DNA of 64,000 nucleotides from Macrostomum lignano (lineage: Eukaryota). The number at the start of each line of letters is the position of its first letter. Position 1 is the stretch's first letter. Positions 23,500 to 36,200 of the stretch are shown here, one piece after another. A program made the position numbers and the translations under genes. The notes below the pieces were generated by a model. It ran no database searches. It was not told the DNA's origin and was given only the letters and a program-made list of their open reading frames with translations. Where the stretch lies: assembly GCA_002269645.1 (NCBI GenBank), contig NIVC01002316.1, positions 1 through 64,000 on the forward strand, read 5' to 3'.

Positions 23500-24230
23500 A
23501 ATAATCAGGTAAGTCGCAAAAAGGATCAGGTAAGTCGCAAAAGAAGCAAACTAAGTCGCAAAAAGGATCAGGTAAGTCGCAAAAGGGTTAGGTAAGTCGC
23601 AAAAAGGATTAGGTAAGTCGCAAAAAGGATTAGGTAAGTCGCAAAAGGGTTAGGTAAGTCGCAAAAGGGTTAGGTAAGTCGCAAAAGGATTAAGTAAGTC
23701 GCAAAAGGGTTAGGTAAGTCGCAAAAAGGATTAGGTAAGTCGCAAAAGGATTAGGTAAGTCGCAAAAAGGATTAAGTAAGTCGCAAAAAGGATTAGGTAA
23801 GTCGCAAAAGGGATTAGGTAAGTCGCAAAAAGAATCAGGTAAGTCGCAAAAGGATCAGCTAAGTCACAAAAGGATTAGGTAAGTCGCAAAAGGATCAGGT
23901 AAGTCGCAAAAGGATTAGTTAAGTCGCAAAAGGGTTAGGTAAGTCGCAAAAAGGATTAGGTAAGTCGCAAAAAGGATTAAGTAAGTCGCAAAAAGGATTA
24001 GGTAAGTCGCAAAAGGATTAAGTAAGTCGCAAAAAGGATTAGGTAAGTCGCAAAAGGGTTAGGTAAGTCGCAAAAGGGTTAGGTAAGTCGCAAAAGGATT
24101 AGGTAAGTCGCAAAAAGGATTAAGTAAGTCGCAAAAAGGATTAGGTAAGTCGCAAAAAGGATTAGGTAAGTCGCAAAAAGGATTAGGTAAGTCGCAAAAA
24201 GAAGCAACTAAGTCGCAATAAGAGGGAAGT
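23500..24230 (+). repeat. 20-22-bp minisatellite (GGATTAGGTAAGTCGCAAAAA), about 34 copies
   Basis: Direct tandem array inside the 3.3-kb element; the TAAGTCGCA motif recurs near both element ends. Confidence 0.95.
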
Positions 24231-24454
24231 AAGTCACAATCAGAGGCAATCAGGGGGTAGTAGGTGCAGGTGTGGCAGGAGAGCAAAAACAGAATAGAAG
24301 CCTTCAACAACAGACAAGATCTTTGAAATCAGAAGCCCGCGTCAACAGTTTCCCATTGATTTCTTAAACTCTGGAGCAGGGGTTGGCAAACTCCGGCTCG
24401 CGAAGCCCCTCTATCTGGCCCTCGCCCCTCGGGTTCTTTGAAACTTCCTAACTA

Positions 24455-25326
24455 CGAGGGGCGTCCGGAAAGTAGTGTTACTTTTGCTTGGTGTGGACGT
24501 ATGGAAACGTGTGGCGTGTGGACGTATGGTGTGGACGTATGACACTTGCATGTGCTTGGTGTCATTTGAAAGCGGCAAGTCTCTTCTTTAAAATGACACC
24601 AATTGCAAGAGATTTGAATCTGTGCTTCAAGAGATATGGATGATTAAGTAGAGAAAGGTCAGTCATAGACTTACAGAACCTCAAAAATGTCAACAGAAAA
24701 CTTTTACGATTTTATCGATTTTTTCGTAATCATGGGCTGTCTATGGCCAAATGTGATGCAGTGAACGAGAGGGGCTGTCTCATAAAACTACGAGACTTGT
24801 AAAACTGCTTCTGCTGCGCCTGCAAAGTTTATTGACATTCAATTTTCAATTGTGAACTGCAAATGGATGTGCATTCAAAGACTGGGCAGCGACATGCCAT
24901 CTTTACACTTTGGAGCTCCGGAACCAAATCGGCTGACATCCACAGGCAACTTTGCACAGCTCATGGCGACCATGCTGTCAGCAAGATGACAAGTCTGCCA
25001 ACCGATGAATGATTTTAATGTTGTTCGCTTGTGTGATAATTTGCTTGTTATCTGTTTCACCTGCTTCTGTACTGTACTGTTGTGTTTTTTGTTTTTTCTG
25101 GAGTAATTACGCTCGTGATAAAAGTTTTCTGTTGACATTTTTAAGGTTCTGTAAGTCTATTACTGACCTTTCTCTACTTAATCGTCCATATCTCTTGAAG
25201 CACAGATTCAAATCTCTTGCAATTGGTGTCATTTTAAAGAAGAGACTTGCCGCTTTCAAATGACACCAAGCACATGCAAGTGTGACTGTCCATACGTCCA
25301 CACCAAGCAAAAGTAACACTACTTTC
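24455..25326. mobile_element. Tc1/mariner-like non-autonomous element with ~200-bp inverted repeats, nested in the 3.3-kb element
   Basis: Starts TA|CGAGGGGCGTCCGGAAAGT. 24468-~24706 is the reverse complement of ~25118-25326 and the right end is truncated. Preceded by a hAT-like end fragment CAGGGGTTGGCAAAC at ~24377. Confidence 0.6.
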
Positions 25327-25361
25327 TTAAGGTTGGTAACATTACTTAGGTTGGTGTCTCT

Positions 25362-26035
25362 TCAACTCTCATCTCTCTCTTCTTCTCTACCTTGCCTCCC
25401 CTCTTCTCTCTCTCCCCCCTTTTCCCTCTTCTCTCTCCTCTCATTTTTACTCTCCTCTCTTCTCCCCCTTTTACTCTACCCTTTCTCCTCAATGCCCTCT
25501 TCTCTCCTCTTATCTTCAGCAAAAATATGTGCATATTTTCTTACTTCAAAGTAGAGGGAATAGAAGATTAGAGATAAGCAAACAGAGGAGAGGCGAGCGA
25601 TGCGATGGGAGAAAAGATAGAAGAGGAGAGAAAAGCTGAGGGAGGAAAAAGAGATGAGAGAGAAGAGGAGATGAGAGGAAAGAGGAAAGAAAAGATGATG
25701 GATGAGATCAGAAGAGAGGAAAGAGGAAAGAGAAGAAAGTAGATGAGAGAAGAGAGGATAAAGAGGAGATGAGAGGAGAGTGAAGAGAGGAGAGATGAGA
25801 GAGTAGAAAAGAGAGGAGAGATAAGATGAGAGAGTAGAGTGGAGAGAGACGAGAGGGAAGATAAGATGAGAGTAGAGTGGAATGGAGAGAGACGAGAGGA
25901 GAGATAAGAAAGTAGAGAGGAGACAGAAGAGATAGGAGAGGAGAGGAAAGAGAGGAGAGAGGAGAGGAAAGAGAGAAGGGATAAGGGATGAGAGAGAAAA
26001 GAAAAAGAGGATGAGAAGATTGAGGAATGGAGAGA
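25362..26035. repeat. Opposed CT-rich (25362-25515) and GA-rich (25563-26035) low-complexity tracts
   Basis: Near-pure polypyrimidine then polypurine sequence; source of the spurious S/L-rich ORFs. Confidence 0.85.
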
Positions 26036-26966
26036 ATTTGCAAAGGCCTCAAATCTTAGTTTAACATGCATTACTCCCATCTTTGCCTTTTTCCTAACTG
26101 TTAACAAGTTTTTGTTTGAGCATGACTTCAAATTTAGAATCTATGCAAAAATAGTTCCGGGAATTAGAATTCAGTGGTTTAAAAATCTGTGGGTTTTCAC
26201 AGCTTGTATCTCTACTGGATTCGTATTCTGCATCTGATGAGCCATCTGAATCAGGGCTCTCATCTTCCATGCCAAATCGTCTAGCAAATCGTTCTTGAGC
26301 TATAGGTCACACTGTATTCACTTCACTTACTTCTGGACATTCATGAATCATGACTTTTGTAGTATGCTCACTACACTGTACTGACAATTTACTAATTGCT
26401 TCATGCCGCCACTAGATGACATACTGATTAGCTGTTATAAAAACGCCGAATCTGCACGCAGCACTAATTAGCTGGCGAGGCATTTAGCTTTAAAAATATG
26501 GTCATAGTTACTCCTGCCGTTTACCTAACGTTTTTGCTTGGCTATTTTATAGGTAAGTCGCATTTTTTATCGAAAACTAAGTCGCACGGCCAGCGTAATT
26601 TCAGAAGTTGCGCATGTATGAGCCTATAGATATGTTTACTATGAAGACTCTCCTATACATATTCCTTTTAGTGAGGATATTTTCCATAAGTTGCTTAGGT
26701 TTAGTACTAATGGCCTGTTCATATATTGTGAGCACCTCTACAGGCAGATGGATGGCTGAGCTATGGGTAGTCCCTTGCACCAATGCTTGCCAACCTCTGC
26801 ATTGCCCATTAAGAAGCTAAATGGCTGAAGTGCCCCTGTGCCCCCCTGGTGTACCACTGCTATATAGATGACACATTTGCTATCTTCAACACCAAAGCAA
26901 GCCCATATACTGAATTCCTGAATATCATTAACAATACCTATCCTAACAAAATTCACTGCTAAGATT

Positions 26967-27381
26967 CCAGGATGGAATCTTTGCATGACAAGTTTGGAAC
27001 AAAAAGTTGCGTGCAATTTTTTGCACAAGTTTTTTTACCTATGCATGCACAATTTTTTTGCCACTTGAATTTCTCAGCAACTTTTTTACAATGTTTTACT
27101 AAAGCTTAAATAAATCTTTAATAATAAACAATATTATTCTTTTTTGTTTAATTTAGTTCCCAGTAGCTTTGTTTTTAAATTTGCAATAACTTTGTTTTAC
27201 TGTAACAAGTGCAATATTCAAAATTTAAATGAAACTATGCAAGATTTCTTAGAATATTAAGCTGCACGCAGGTAAGCTTTTTAAAGTTACACAATTTTGC
27301 TAGAAATGTGGGTACAAGTGCGCAAGTTTTTGTTAGCGCGCACGAAATGCGTCTAGGATTTTGTACAAAAATTCCATCTTG
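26967..27381. mobile_element. 415-bp MITE with 8-bp TSD, inserted in the Penelope RT
   Basis: Ends CCAGGATGGAAT / ATTCCATCTTGG (1 mismatch); TSD CTAAGATT at 26959-26966 and 27382-27389. Confidence 0.85.
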
Positions 27382-28026
27382 GCTAAGATTGGTGACAAAA
27401 TTTTAAACTTTCTTGATGTCACTTCTTACCACAATGGCAGCAACCTTGAAACGTCTGTCAAGAACCACAAGAAAATGTTTACTGAGCCTATTGCTCAACT
27501 ACCATGCCATTTGCCCCAACTCTTGGAAGGTTGGTTTGATTTGTGGTTTGCTGCACCGGGCTTACTGTGTGTGTAGCTTGTGCTACATAAGGAGCTGACT
27601 CAGATCAAACAGATCTTTAGATTGAACAACTATCCCAACTAGCTGGTTGACATTGAAATTAAGGAATTCTTGAACAGGAAAATGAACAAGAAAATAGACA
27701 CCAAGGAAAATGTTTAGCACTGTATATGACTGACTACCTTCTAATGTGCAACCAATGCACTAAAGTTAGATATGCTATGAAATTTGAAATTATTGATTGT
27801 AACTGCCAGAGTATAAAGTTGCCTACTCTTGAGGCATTGTACATTAAACAGCTAAAGCCCACCATAAATATCCAACTTGGTGGTAGAGGGGTGAGTGTCT
27901 ATAGGGTGTTCTGACCCCATGTGCTTGTCTTTTATTTAGAGCCATCTAACTTTGCTATCCATACTTGCATCATTTTGGCTTACTAGACTTTAAAAATTTA
28001 CTATCTCTCTGCATCTATATTATTGC

Positions 28027-28058
28027 CTAAAGATGCCAATTGTTTGGCGAAACATGTC
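28027..28058 (+). ncRNA. Decayed minimal hammerhead ribozyme in the Penelope 3' region
   Basis: CTAAAGA-TGCC-AATTGTTT-GGC-GAAAC-AT-GTC: CUGANGA box with G5>A, short stem II, GAAA box, palindromic ACATGT stem III and a GUC cleavage triplet. Stem I is not complementary. Confidence 0.45.
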
Positions 28059-28488
28059 ATGTGAAGATTAGGCCTAATAAATTGTAATTTGGTATTATTA
28101 AAGAAAAAATGTGAATATTTGTTTTTGCTTTCATTTCTTGGCTTTTCTCAAACAATATACCTTACATTGAAAATTACTATTAATTGTTATTGATAATAAT
28201 AATAATTTATTTTTAGAGAAAAATATGCAAAAGTAGTTTCAAGGTCAAGGATAGGAATTTAGTAGGTTTAAAATGTTTGGGTTTTAATAGCTTGTTTTAT
28301 TATAATAATTATATTGATAAAAATGGAAACTATATTAAATTGATATGTTCTTTATTTTGACTGAGGGCCACACTCTATTTGTACAATTAGATATATTATT
28401 AATAGGCCTATTAAATATAATTGTCTAGAATCTAGATTGTCTGTCACTAGATCATCTTGTTGCTAGATTGATTGGAAGCAGTTACCTA

Positions 28489-28972
28489 CCAGGATGGATT
28501 CTTGCACGAAAATTGCAACACATTTTTGCATTTGGGAAAAAATGCAAAAAATTGTGCAACGCAAAAAAAAATTGCACACCTGTACAGGCTGCAAAAAATG
28601 TGACAAAAATTGTGAATTATTTTGCGACTGTTTGCACAGTTTAAATTACTGGCTTTACTGTATTAAATGTAGAATTACTACAAAAAATGTATCATTTAAT
28701 AGCTCATTATTTACAAACTGTTCAAATTAAAAATTTTCTACTTAAAAAAAACAAAGATAATCAGTCTAATATTTATTGTAACGAGTTGTCAAAAAATGAA
28801 AGTATGAGGCTATCGCAAAACATTATTTTGACAATTGGTAATGCTAAAAATTGCGCCACTAAATTTTGTTTAAGATTGTAAAAATTGCATTTGCTTACAG
28901 TATGGAATTGCACACCAAAAAAAAGTTGCAATTTTCCATTTTATATGCCAGATGCAAGAATTCAATGCTGGG
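28489..28972. mobile_element. 484-bp MITE, probably the same family as 26967-27381
   Basis: Starts CCAGGATGGATT and ends ATTCAATGCTGG (degenerate TIR); 8-bp TSD GTTACCTA at 28481-28488 and 28973-28980. Confidence 0.8.
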
Positions 28973-29352
28973 TTACCTAAATGCAATAGCTCCTTTTACC
29001 CTCCCTCTCTACCACTGAGAAGATAGCATTAGATTTGTGCAAACTTTGTGCAACCACTTTGACTAAAAGTTATTATTATTTTTCTATTATACAAAGAAAC
29101 AAATGTGTTAGGCCTATATTCCTAATAACTAATGTAATAAATTATTAGGCCTATATAAATATAAAATACTTTATAACAAGATTTTTTGCTGAGCCTTTTT
29201 CTTAGGTTAGAATTTGCTAATATTATTATTTTTAATGATATTATAATTATCCCTATTTTAAGTTTTTAGACTTTATAAATTATTGCAATAGGCCTCACTT
29301 TTAGTAAGTAGTTTTACATTTCTTAGAAATGTATAAATTAAAAAACTGCTAT

Positions 29353-30011
29353 TGTTATACTATGCGAATATTTTAAATATTTTGTATATTTTCTATATTT
29401 TTTGTATAATATTTCGTTTGAAACAATAAGAAATTTTTACTCTAAATAGAGGCCACTTGGGAGCCTGGCAAAGTATTCCTGTTCCTTGTTGAACAACTTT
29501 AATACTCTCACTTGAAAAGAAATTTTATCAGCCATGGGCTTGTATTTGCTCGTGTTACTTATTTCAAGTAGGCCCTAGTAGATAGTAGTTTAGGAGTTGC
29601 CCCAAGATTGGGAGTTCAATCCGTTCTTAGAGAACGAGAGATCCTAGACTCAGGGGTCTAGTAACCCACCTTTGGAAGGCAGAATTCCTACCACAGGGTA
29701 GAGAAATCTAGGCTTAGAGTCTGAGAAACCCGCCTCAGGGCAGAATACCCAGCAAAGTGCACTGTGACCCTCTAATCCCAGGAACGCCTAGGACTGAGAG
29801 AATAATATCTTTAGAGGAATATAGGGATAGGATAGACAGTGCTTAAAAGACTGCTCAGGCCAGAAAGTACAATAAAAGTATAGACGCTACCAATAAAAGT
29901 ACATAAGCTACCAATAAAAGTACATGTGCTACTAGTAATTAGACAGATAATATAATCCGTAAGAGCAGTGATTATAGAGAACTATTACCCCTGTTATAAC
30001 TTTGGTGGCAG
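29353..30011 (+). mobile_element. Possible LTR remnant with primer-binding-site-like sequence
   Basis: TGTTATAC...GTTATAAC ends, three internal AATAAAAG signals, followed directly by TTTGGTGGCAGC. No gag/pol recognised downstream. Confidence 0.3.
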
Positions 30012-33000
30012 CAAGTAAGGCTAAACAAAAGAATAAAGAAGAGCCCTGGGACATTATTTTAATTAGGGCCTATGAAAATTAAGATCCAATAAAATTAGAC
30101 TAAAAATCATATTTAAACCTTTTAATATATCTTTATTAATTATATCCTAATTATCTTTATAAAAAATCTCATACCTGCTAAGAATAAGATAGGTCTACTA
30201 GCTTTGGCTAGCTATGCAACTTATAGAGATAGAGTTAGAGTATATTGGTATTTAACCAACTAAATCAACCAACTAACCAATTAAAAACACAACTCTTGAC
30301 CTGCTCTTGCCATATTGTAAATGCTAAGAATCTGGCCTATAATACCTAGGCCTATTTGAAACCAGGGCCTGTGGAACAATTCATAGTTATTTTGTATTCG
30401 ATTAGATTAGATTCAAACATTAGCTAGCTTAGAATTGAATTCAAGAGTTCATCTGAGAAAAATAGGACCATTATTTTAAATTGTAATCGACGATCAATGG
30501 GCTTACTATAATGATTATGGTTACATTAGAACAATTTCGAGTAAACGTCCAACTGTTGTCTGAAGCCCTCCGGTTAAAACAGTCAACTAAGGCAACTTAA
30601 AAATTCGCTTCGACGAATTTACCCAGTTCAAATGCCAGGTAAAGTTGATTTCTATATAACAAATTCGCTAAATCAAAGAGCTAAGAAGCTAAGATCCAAA
30701 AAACTTATCAAGTGGGCTTAACTAAAGGCATATTATCCATTAAAAGTGGATTAAACGTTCATTCGGTTCTTAAGCTCTTTATAGTTTATACGCACATAAA
30801 CTATACATGAAATATCGGTCTTCTTGAAAGAGAAAAGTGAGGGACTAACGCATGCATGGATAAAATTCAATCTCATTTCACTAGTGCCTCACGCAGAAAA
30901 AAAAACTTTTTATGAGCTTATCAAGGACGACTTAAGTAGAAGGACGGTACCTATTCAGACAGGCCGATCCTCAGCACCTACATGTAGTCCAGTAACAGCA
31001 GAAATAGAAGAGGCGCCAGCGTGTTAACCCTGAAGCACGCCCATCTAGAGATTGTATAATCTAAGATTGAGGATGTGTGTGACGATCCACCAGTCCTTTG
31101 GCGGAGTGAACAGCCGTACGCAGCCTTCAGATGCAGCGCGGAATTAGGTGAGGCTGAGCTGTCGGTTGCACGTCTGCCCATAGGCTGGTGTAATCAATTT
31201 ATTGTTATTATTAATATTACTATGCATAAATAATATACAAGGTAAAGATCAACAAGCAGATTGCTTTTCATGGTCAAAAAGTAAATGCCTGGGAAGCTGC
31301 ATTCTTGGCTTTTTACTGCAGCTGCGAAATTTGTATTGTCTTTATATATACTTGCTCGGCATTCTTTGGAATGGCCAAACCGAAACACGGAAATTAAAAA
31401 TCTAACAATGATGATAATTGTGGGCTAATTGAACGAATAATTAGACGCGTGGCAATATTGTGGTTGCCATTGTCAGTCAATATATTTTTGGTGGCTTTTT
31501 TGATAGATTTCCACCTTAAAGACGTTAATTAAATAAAAAATAGCACACAAATAAAGTGAACCTTGTGATATAAAAAAGGACCGTTACAGTGTTAACGCAA
31601 CTTTAGGTAGAAATTAGTTAAAAATATTTGAATATGTATTAATAGTTTTAGTCAAAAAAAAAGATATTTTAAAAGAATGAGTTGAAACAGATTCAATAGA
31701 CACACGCTGCTATAGTGGTATTGCAGTTCACGGAAAATCAACCGATCAATATATAGCCAGCAATATATATAGCCATCAAAAGTGCATAAAATTGAGTTTA
31801 TCTGCTAAATTAGCCAATCAGAGCTCTTCGCGATATTACCCCACTGTTGCGAATAGCCAACAGAATAGAAAAATGGCTGCCGCAAGAGCCATAATATCCG
31901 CTGGGGACATTATGACAAGCAGGCGCATTTGAGTGAGGAGACTTGCTTGCACTTGGCATAAGAGAAATTATACAGCAGAAAACGAATGAGTCTGCTGCTT
32001 GAAATGACTAAGATGCACTTGACTTGGTCGTTTGTATGGTAACTCTGGATTGAAAAATTGCAACTTGATTTGATTTTGTCGCACTGGAACTCAGTTATTT
32101 GCACTTTAGTTGGCTATGTTGCTACTTGACTGGGGAAAGAACCTACAAAACTGCAGGTACGCCGTGGAGTGATTTAAGCCACTCTTATTGGTGATTTAAT
32201 TGTTATTATCCAGATTCAGCGGCCATTGTTCGAATCAAAATCGTTTTTGTTTAGAAATATTTAGAAACCGCGGAAAAGCCACTGAGCATCGCGAAAATAT
32301 GTAACCCAAACTGGATTGACAATAGGTCGATAAAACTTCAGACACCTGCGCATAAATGTACCGTGCGATGAAAAAATATAATAAACCGAATTTCAAAGCA
32401 TAACCATTCTATACATGTACAGGCGTCTAATATCAGCAACACTAGTTTTGGAGATGAGGTCTTTTTGAGAATGTGTGACAGTCGATTGGCACACCTTTCA
32501 GCAATTGTTTTTATTCCTAAAATCCATCTATTCTCGAGAAATCTCACTAACTTTAAGAATTACAATCATAACCTGAGACTTGGTCGAAATCGATAGAATT
32601 TCGAAAACAAACTCACATCTGACATTGGATAATGAGAGCTTTTAAAAGTAGCTTTTAAAATAGAAAGCATTAGCCTCGACTCTTTAGCACAGCTTTTACC
32701 GCTGAATCCCATGCAAGACTACAATTGAAACTTTGATAAAAATTCACTCACACGAGCTAAAATTTAAATTTAAATTAAACGGAAATAACAAATAGTGATA
32801 TAGCGAATGATATTACTGATAGGCAGTAGCGTGACGAACAATTGAAAGTTATGTTATGCAAAGTCGAATTGACAATCCATTCGGTACCAGATGCGACGGA
32901 GCATGTAAATGAAAGTAAAATAGCAATCGATGTGAAAATGGTCAGCAATTTAGCTTCGTCTTAGAGATAAAACTTGCCTTTATTGATGAAGAAAAAATAT

Positions 33001-33212
33001 CAATATGATTATTGTAAAGAATATCCTTTCGAAAAGCTGAGGCTGAGAAAAAAATTTTGATTAAAAAAAATTAAAGATAAAATTTAGGAAAAGTTTATGA
33101 ATGAAAGTCTTACAAGTTTCAAAAAGTATTTTACACCCATTCTACGCTGGTATGCAATGTACGATGGTAATAAAAATGTTTAAAATTAAAACCCGCATCA
33201 GTTAAACCACAG

Positions 33213-36200
33213 TTAGTTCAGCTCAGCATCACTGAAGCCCAACTCGAGAAGAAAAGTGCGAACTTCTTCTAAAATATTTTCGGACGCCTCAAGCGCAGAC
33301 TTCGCATCCTTGCGACTCAGCGCCGACGGGTCGCTGGATCCGCCCGGGTAGCGACAGTCAACGGAGCCTGCGATCGGGTCAAAGCGCCAGCAAAAGTCAA
33401 AAGACGACGCTGCATGTCCTGTTGGACAATCAAGCCAAGATTGTCTTGCAGCCTGTGGCTCTTTACTGCCGGCTTGCCGGACGCCAAAACCGCCGCCTTG
33501 AGCGCTTTTTCAGCCGCCTGATGCGCTTTGTAGACAGCCCAGTTCGCTGCTAGGCGCTGATCTCTGTGTATGTCATTACCGCCGGCGCGGTGGTCGTCGC
33601 GAGCAACGCGCCAATAGTGCAGGGCGATATCGCGACCTGGCGAGACAGTGGCAGAGCTGATGCAGGATGTACTGCAAGAAGAGCGGAAAATTTTGGCCGG
33701 AAAACTGAACTCTCCACCTGATGTAGCGGCTGTTGGAGCGCGTCGTTTCCTAGTTGACAACGTCGTAGTAGAATCAGGTGAGTCCAACTCTAATAGCAAA
33801 TGACCGGCAGTTCCTACGTCATCAGCATCACTCTGCCATTTTGAGAGCATCTCGCGCACAAAATTGGATCCAATGCGCGCAACTTGTGTATTTACATAAT
33901 TGTGCAAGGCTTGCACAAACGATAGACTGCTGGTGCTTTCTGTTCTGTGATCAAAGGTTGCTGAATGTCGGCCAGGACTGCAGTGCTGAACCACTCTTCT
34001 AACAGCGAGTCTGCAATCGCTTGAGGCTGGCAGCGACTGACCTTGCTGCAGCAGACGCGAAAGTTCCTCCTGAAGCGCAGCATCTTTCTTCACTGGAGTC
34101 GCCTATGTCCGCCAAGCTTTCTCTCTGCTGTCTGATGTTAAAAAGTTCTAGTGCTGTACTGCGCACAGTACATTGGCTCCACTCAACCGTGTACTCCTGC
34201 AGCACGAGTTACTACTGCTCCTGTCACTCCTAGCAACTACTCTAGCAAGCACGAAAGTATCAGTGTCATCATTCTCAGTCCGTTGGTGCAGAGCTACTAA
34301 CTCACCGGGCTCAAAACTGCAGTAGACGGTCATGCTGGAAGCTGGTAAGTTCTTGGAGTTGACTGCGAAGCATGGCCGGAACCAAACTGCAAGTGCAACG
34401 TCACAGCGCTCTTGCTCTGCACCTTCATGGCCAAAAGAACAAGTGGCTACATTGTCTTTGTCAAGCTCCGTTGCTATCAAGGTTAAGTCTTCAAAACGCA
34501 GCCACGTTTGCATATTGCCGCAAATATCCGTCTTAAATCCAAGCACACTAGAAACAAAGGAATTAACAACAACTGTGAGCTCCTTGTACCATAACGTAAT
34601 ATAGTCATTGCCACAGTCACTGTCTGTGTGCCTCACGTAGATAGTTTTCTCAACTAAAAAACTTTTCTTTTCCTGCTGCGAGTCAACGAATACTTTGTCA
34701 TCTACTGATAATACGGACATTAAGTCCTTCATGCACTGTACTTTTAGCTCGACCAGAGCAGCTTTCAGCTTGTCCCGACAAGTCTCAATGGTTAAGCGGC
34801 CACGACCATCCGCATGTTGAATGATTCGGACCAGTCCGTTCAACATATCAGGATGAATCAGCTTCTTCTTCACAGTCTGAGCAACTAAGCAGCCATTTAT
34901 TCTACAGTGCTGACTGTTGTCTGCCAGGCGCTCGTTGACAAGTTGACTCAGTGTCCGGACACCCAGATTGTCGCGCAGATATTTGTTTAACACATTCTGT
35001 TTGTCCGAGTTAAGGTTTGCAAATTCGATATCTATAAGCTGTACATGTAACTCACAGTGACCTCCAATTCGCTTGTAATAGTCCGGTGCGTCGTTGATAG
35101 CCAGATCCAGCACATTCTCCATACAGAGAACCTGCTTATCCTTATGTTTAGAGCTAGTTGTGAGATACAGCGGTGTTGTTTTCTGACTGAAATTTTGCTC
35201 ATCGCGATCTAGCAGATTAGTCATAACAGATAAGCATTCGGAAACTACATTCATTTCTTCTTCTCCAAGAGCATAACTTGTGTCTGATTTTTCCTTCAAG
35301 CACTGCAGCGCATAGTATACTTGACTCATCGTAATTTCTCTGGTCGCGCCAAAAGTTTCGAATACTTCTGAAAACTGCATCAGTTCTCGTGGACAAGAAA
35401 TAATATAAGGCGGTATTTCTTTTGAACTAACAAGGCAAATGCACTTGGCGGGTAGAAATACTTTCCATTATCAACGATGACGAACGCGACCGCCTTAATA
35501 TTTCAAGACTTGCAAATTCACTTAATCGTAAATTTTTTTTGATATGCAGATAAATTTTATTCATAATCTTTTTCCTAAGTTCCACATTTTCTTCTGATAG
35601 ACGCACAGACAGAAAAGAACTGCTCGAAAGCAAATTATTCAAGTGCTTCTTGAAGTCATCGGCAGTGGGAACCTGGCGTACTGCAAGCTTGCCAAAATGC
35701 TGACTGATCTGCTTCACGTACTCTGGACAGATTGTGCTTGCCGTCCAGCACAGAAATCTATTAGAGAACCGAACTGAGTCTCTAAGCTTAAGCATTTTTG
35801 ATTGCTTGACTTCAAAAAGAGACTGTAGCTCATTGAGCTCATCAGAGACAACGAATGAATGTTTGCCAGGCGGCCCAAGCAACTATCACTTAGAGCGGAA
35901 CCTGGTGTTTTAAGTACGATATTATGGCTTCAGATTTTTTTGTTACGTCGGCCGTAAATTTTCCCTGTCCCTCTTCTTCGAGATTTTTAGCAAACGAAAG
36001 GAGTAGGTCTTCTGAGCATTCGGAAATCAGTCCAGCATGATTTAATAGCTTTCGCATACTTTGCTGCCGATAGTGTGAAGGCAAAAGCTCATCCTCCGGA
36101 ACAATATGCTTGAAGAGTTCAACGCTGTCATCATAGAACGAAGTGGCTAAACGCCATCTGCCATGAGCGAACACAATCTCTGTGGATTTTAGAAGAGCCA

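Larger units (their letters stand above)
23293..26620. mobile_element. 3328-bp non-autonomous DNA transposon (8-bp TSD; P or hAT type)
   Basis: Perfect 15-bp TIR CATACATGCGCAACT / AGTTGCGCATGTATG, flanked by the 8-bp direct repeat AGCCTATA (23285-23292 and 26621-26628). No transposase ORF inside. Confidence 0.9.
22960..27914 (+). mobile_element. Decayed Penelope-like (RT + GIY-YIG) retroelement, split by two DNA-transposon insertions
   Basis: Fragments translate to MISFDIKLLFTNVPIDFAINLA (~23220-23290), DG*AMGSPLAPMLANL (~26750), YIDDTFAIF (~26865), ILNFLDVT (~27400), PNSWKVGLICGLLHRAYCVC, ELTQIKQIFRLNNYP and LEALYIKQLKPTINIQ (~27830). These are typical PLE RT and GIY-YIG motifs, with stops and frameshifts. 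Confidence 0.85.
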
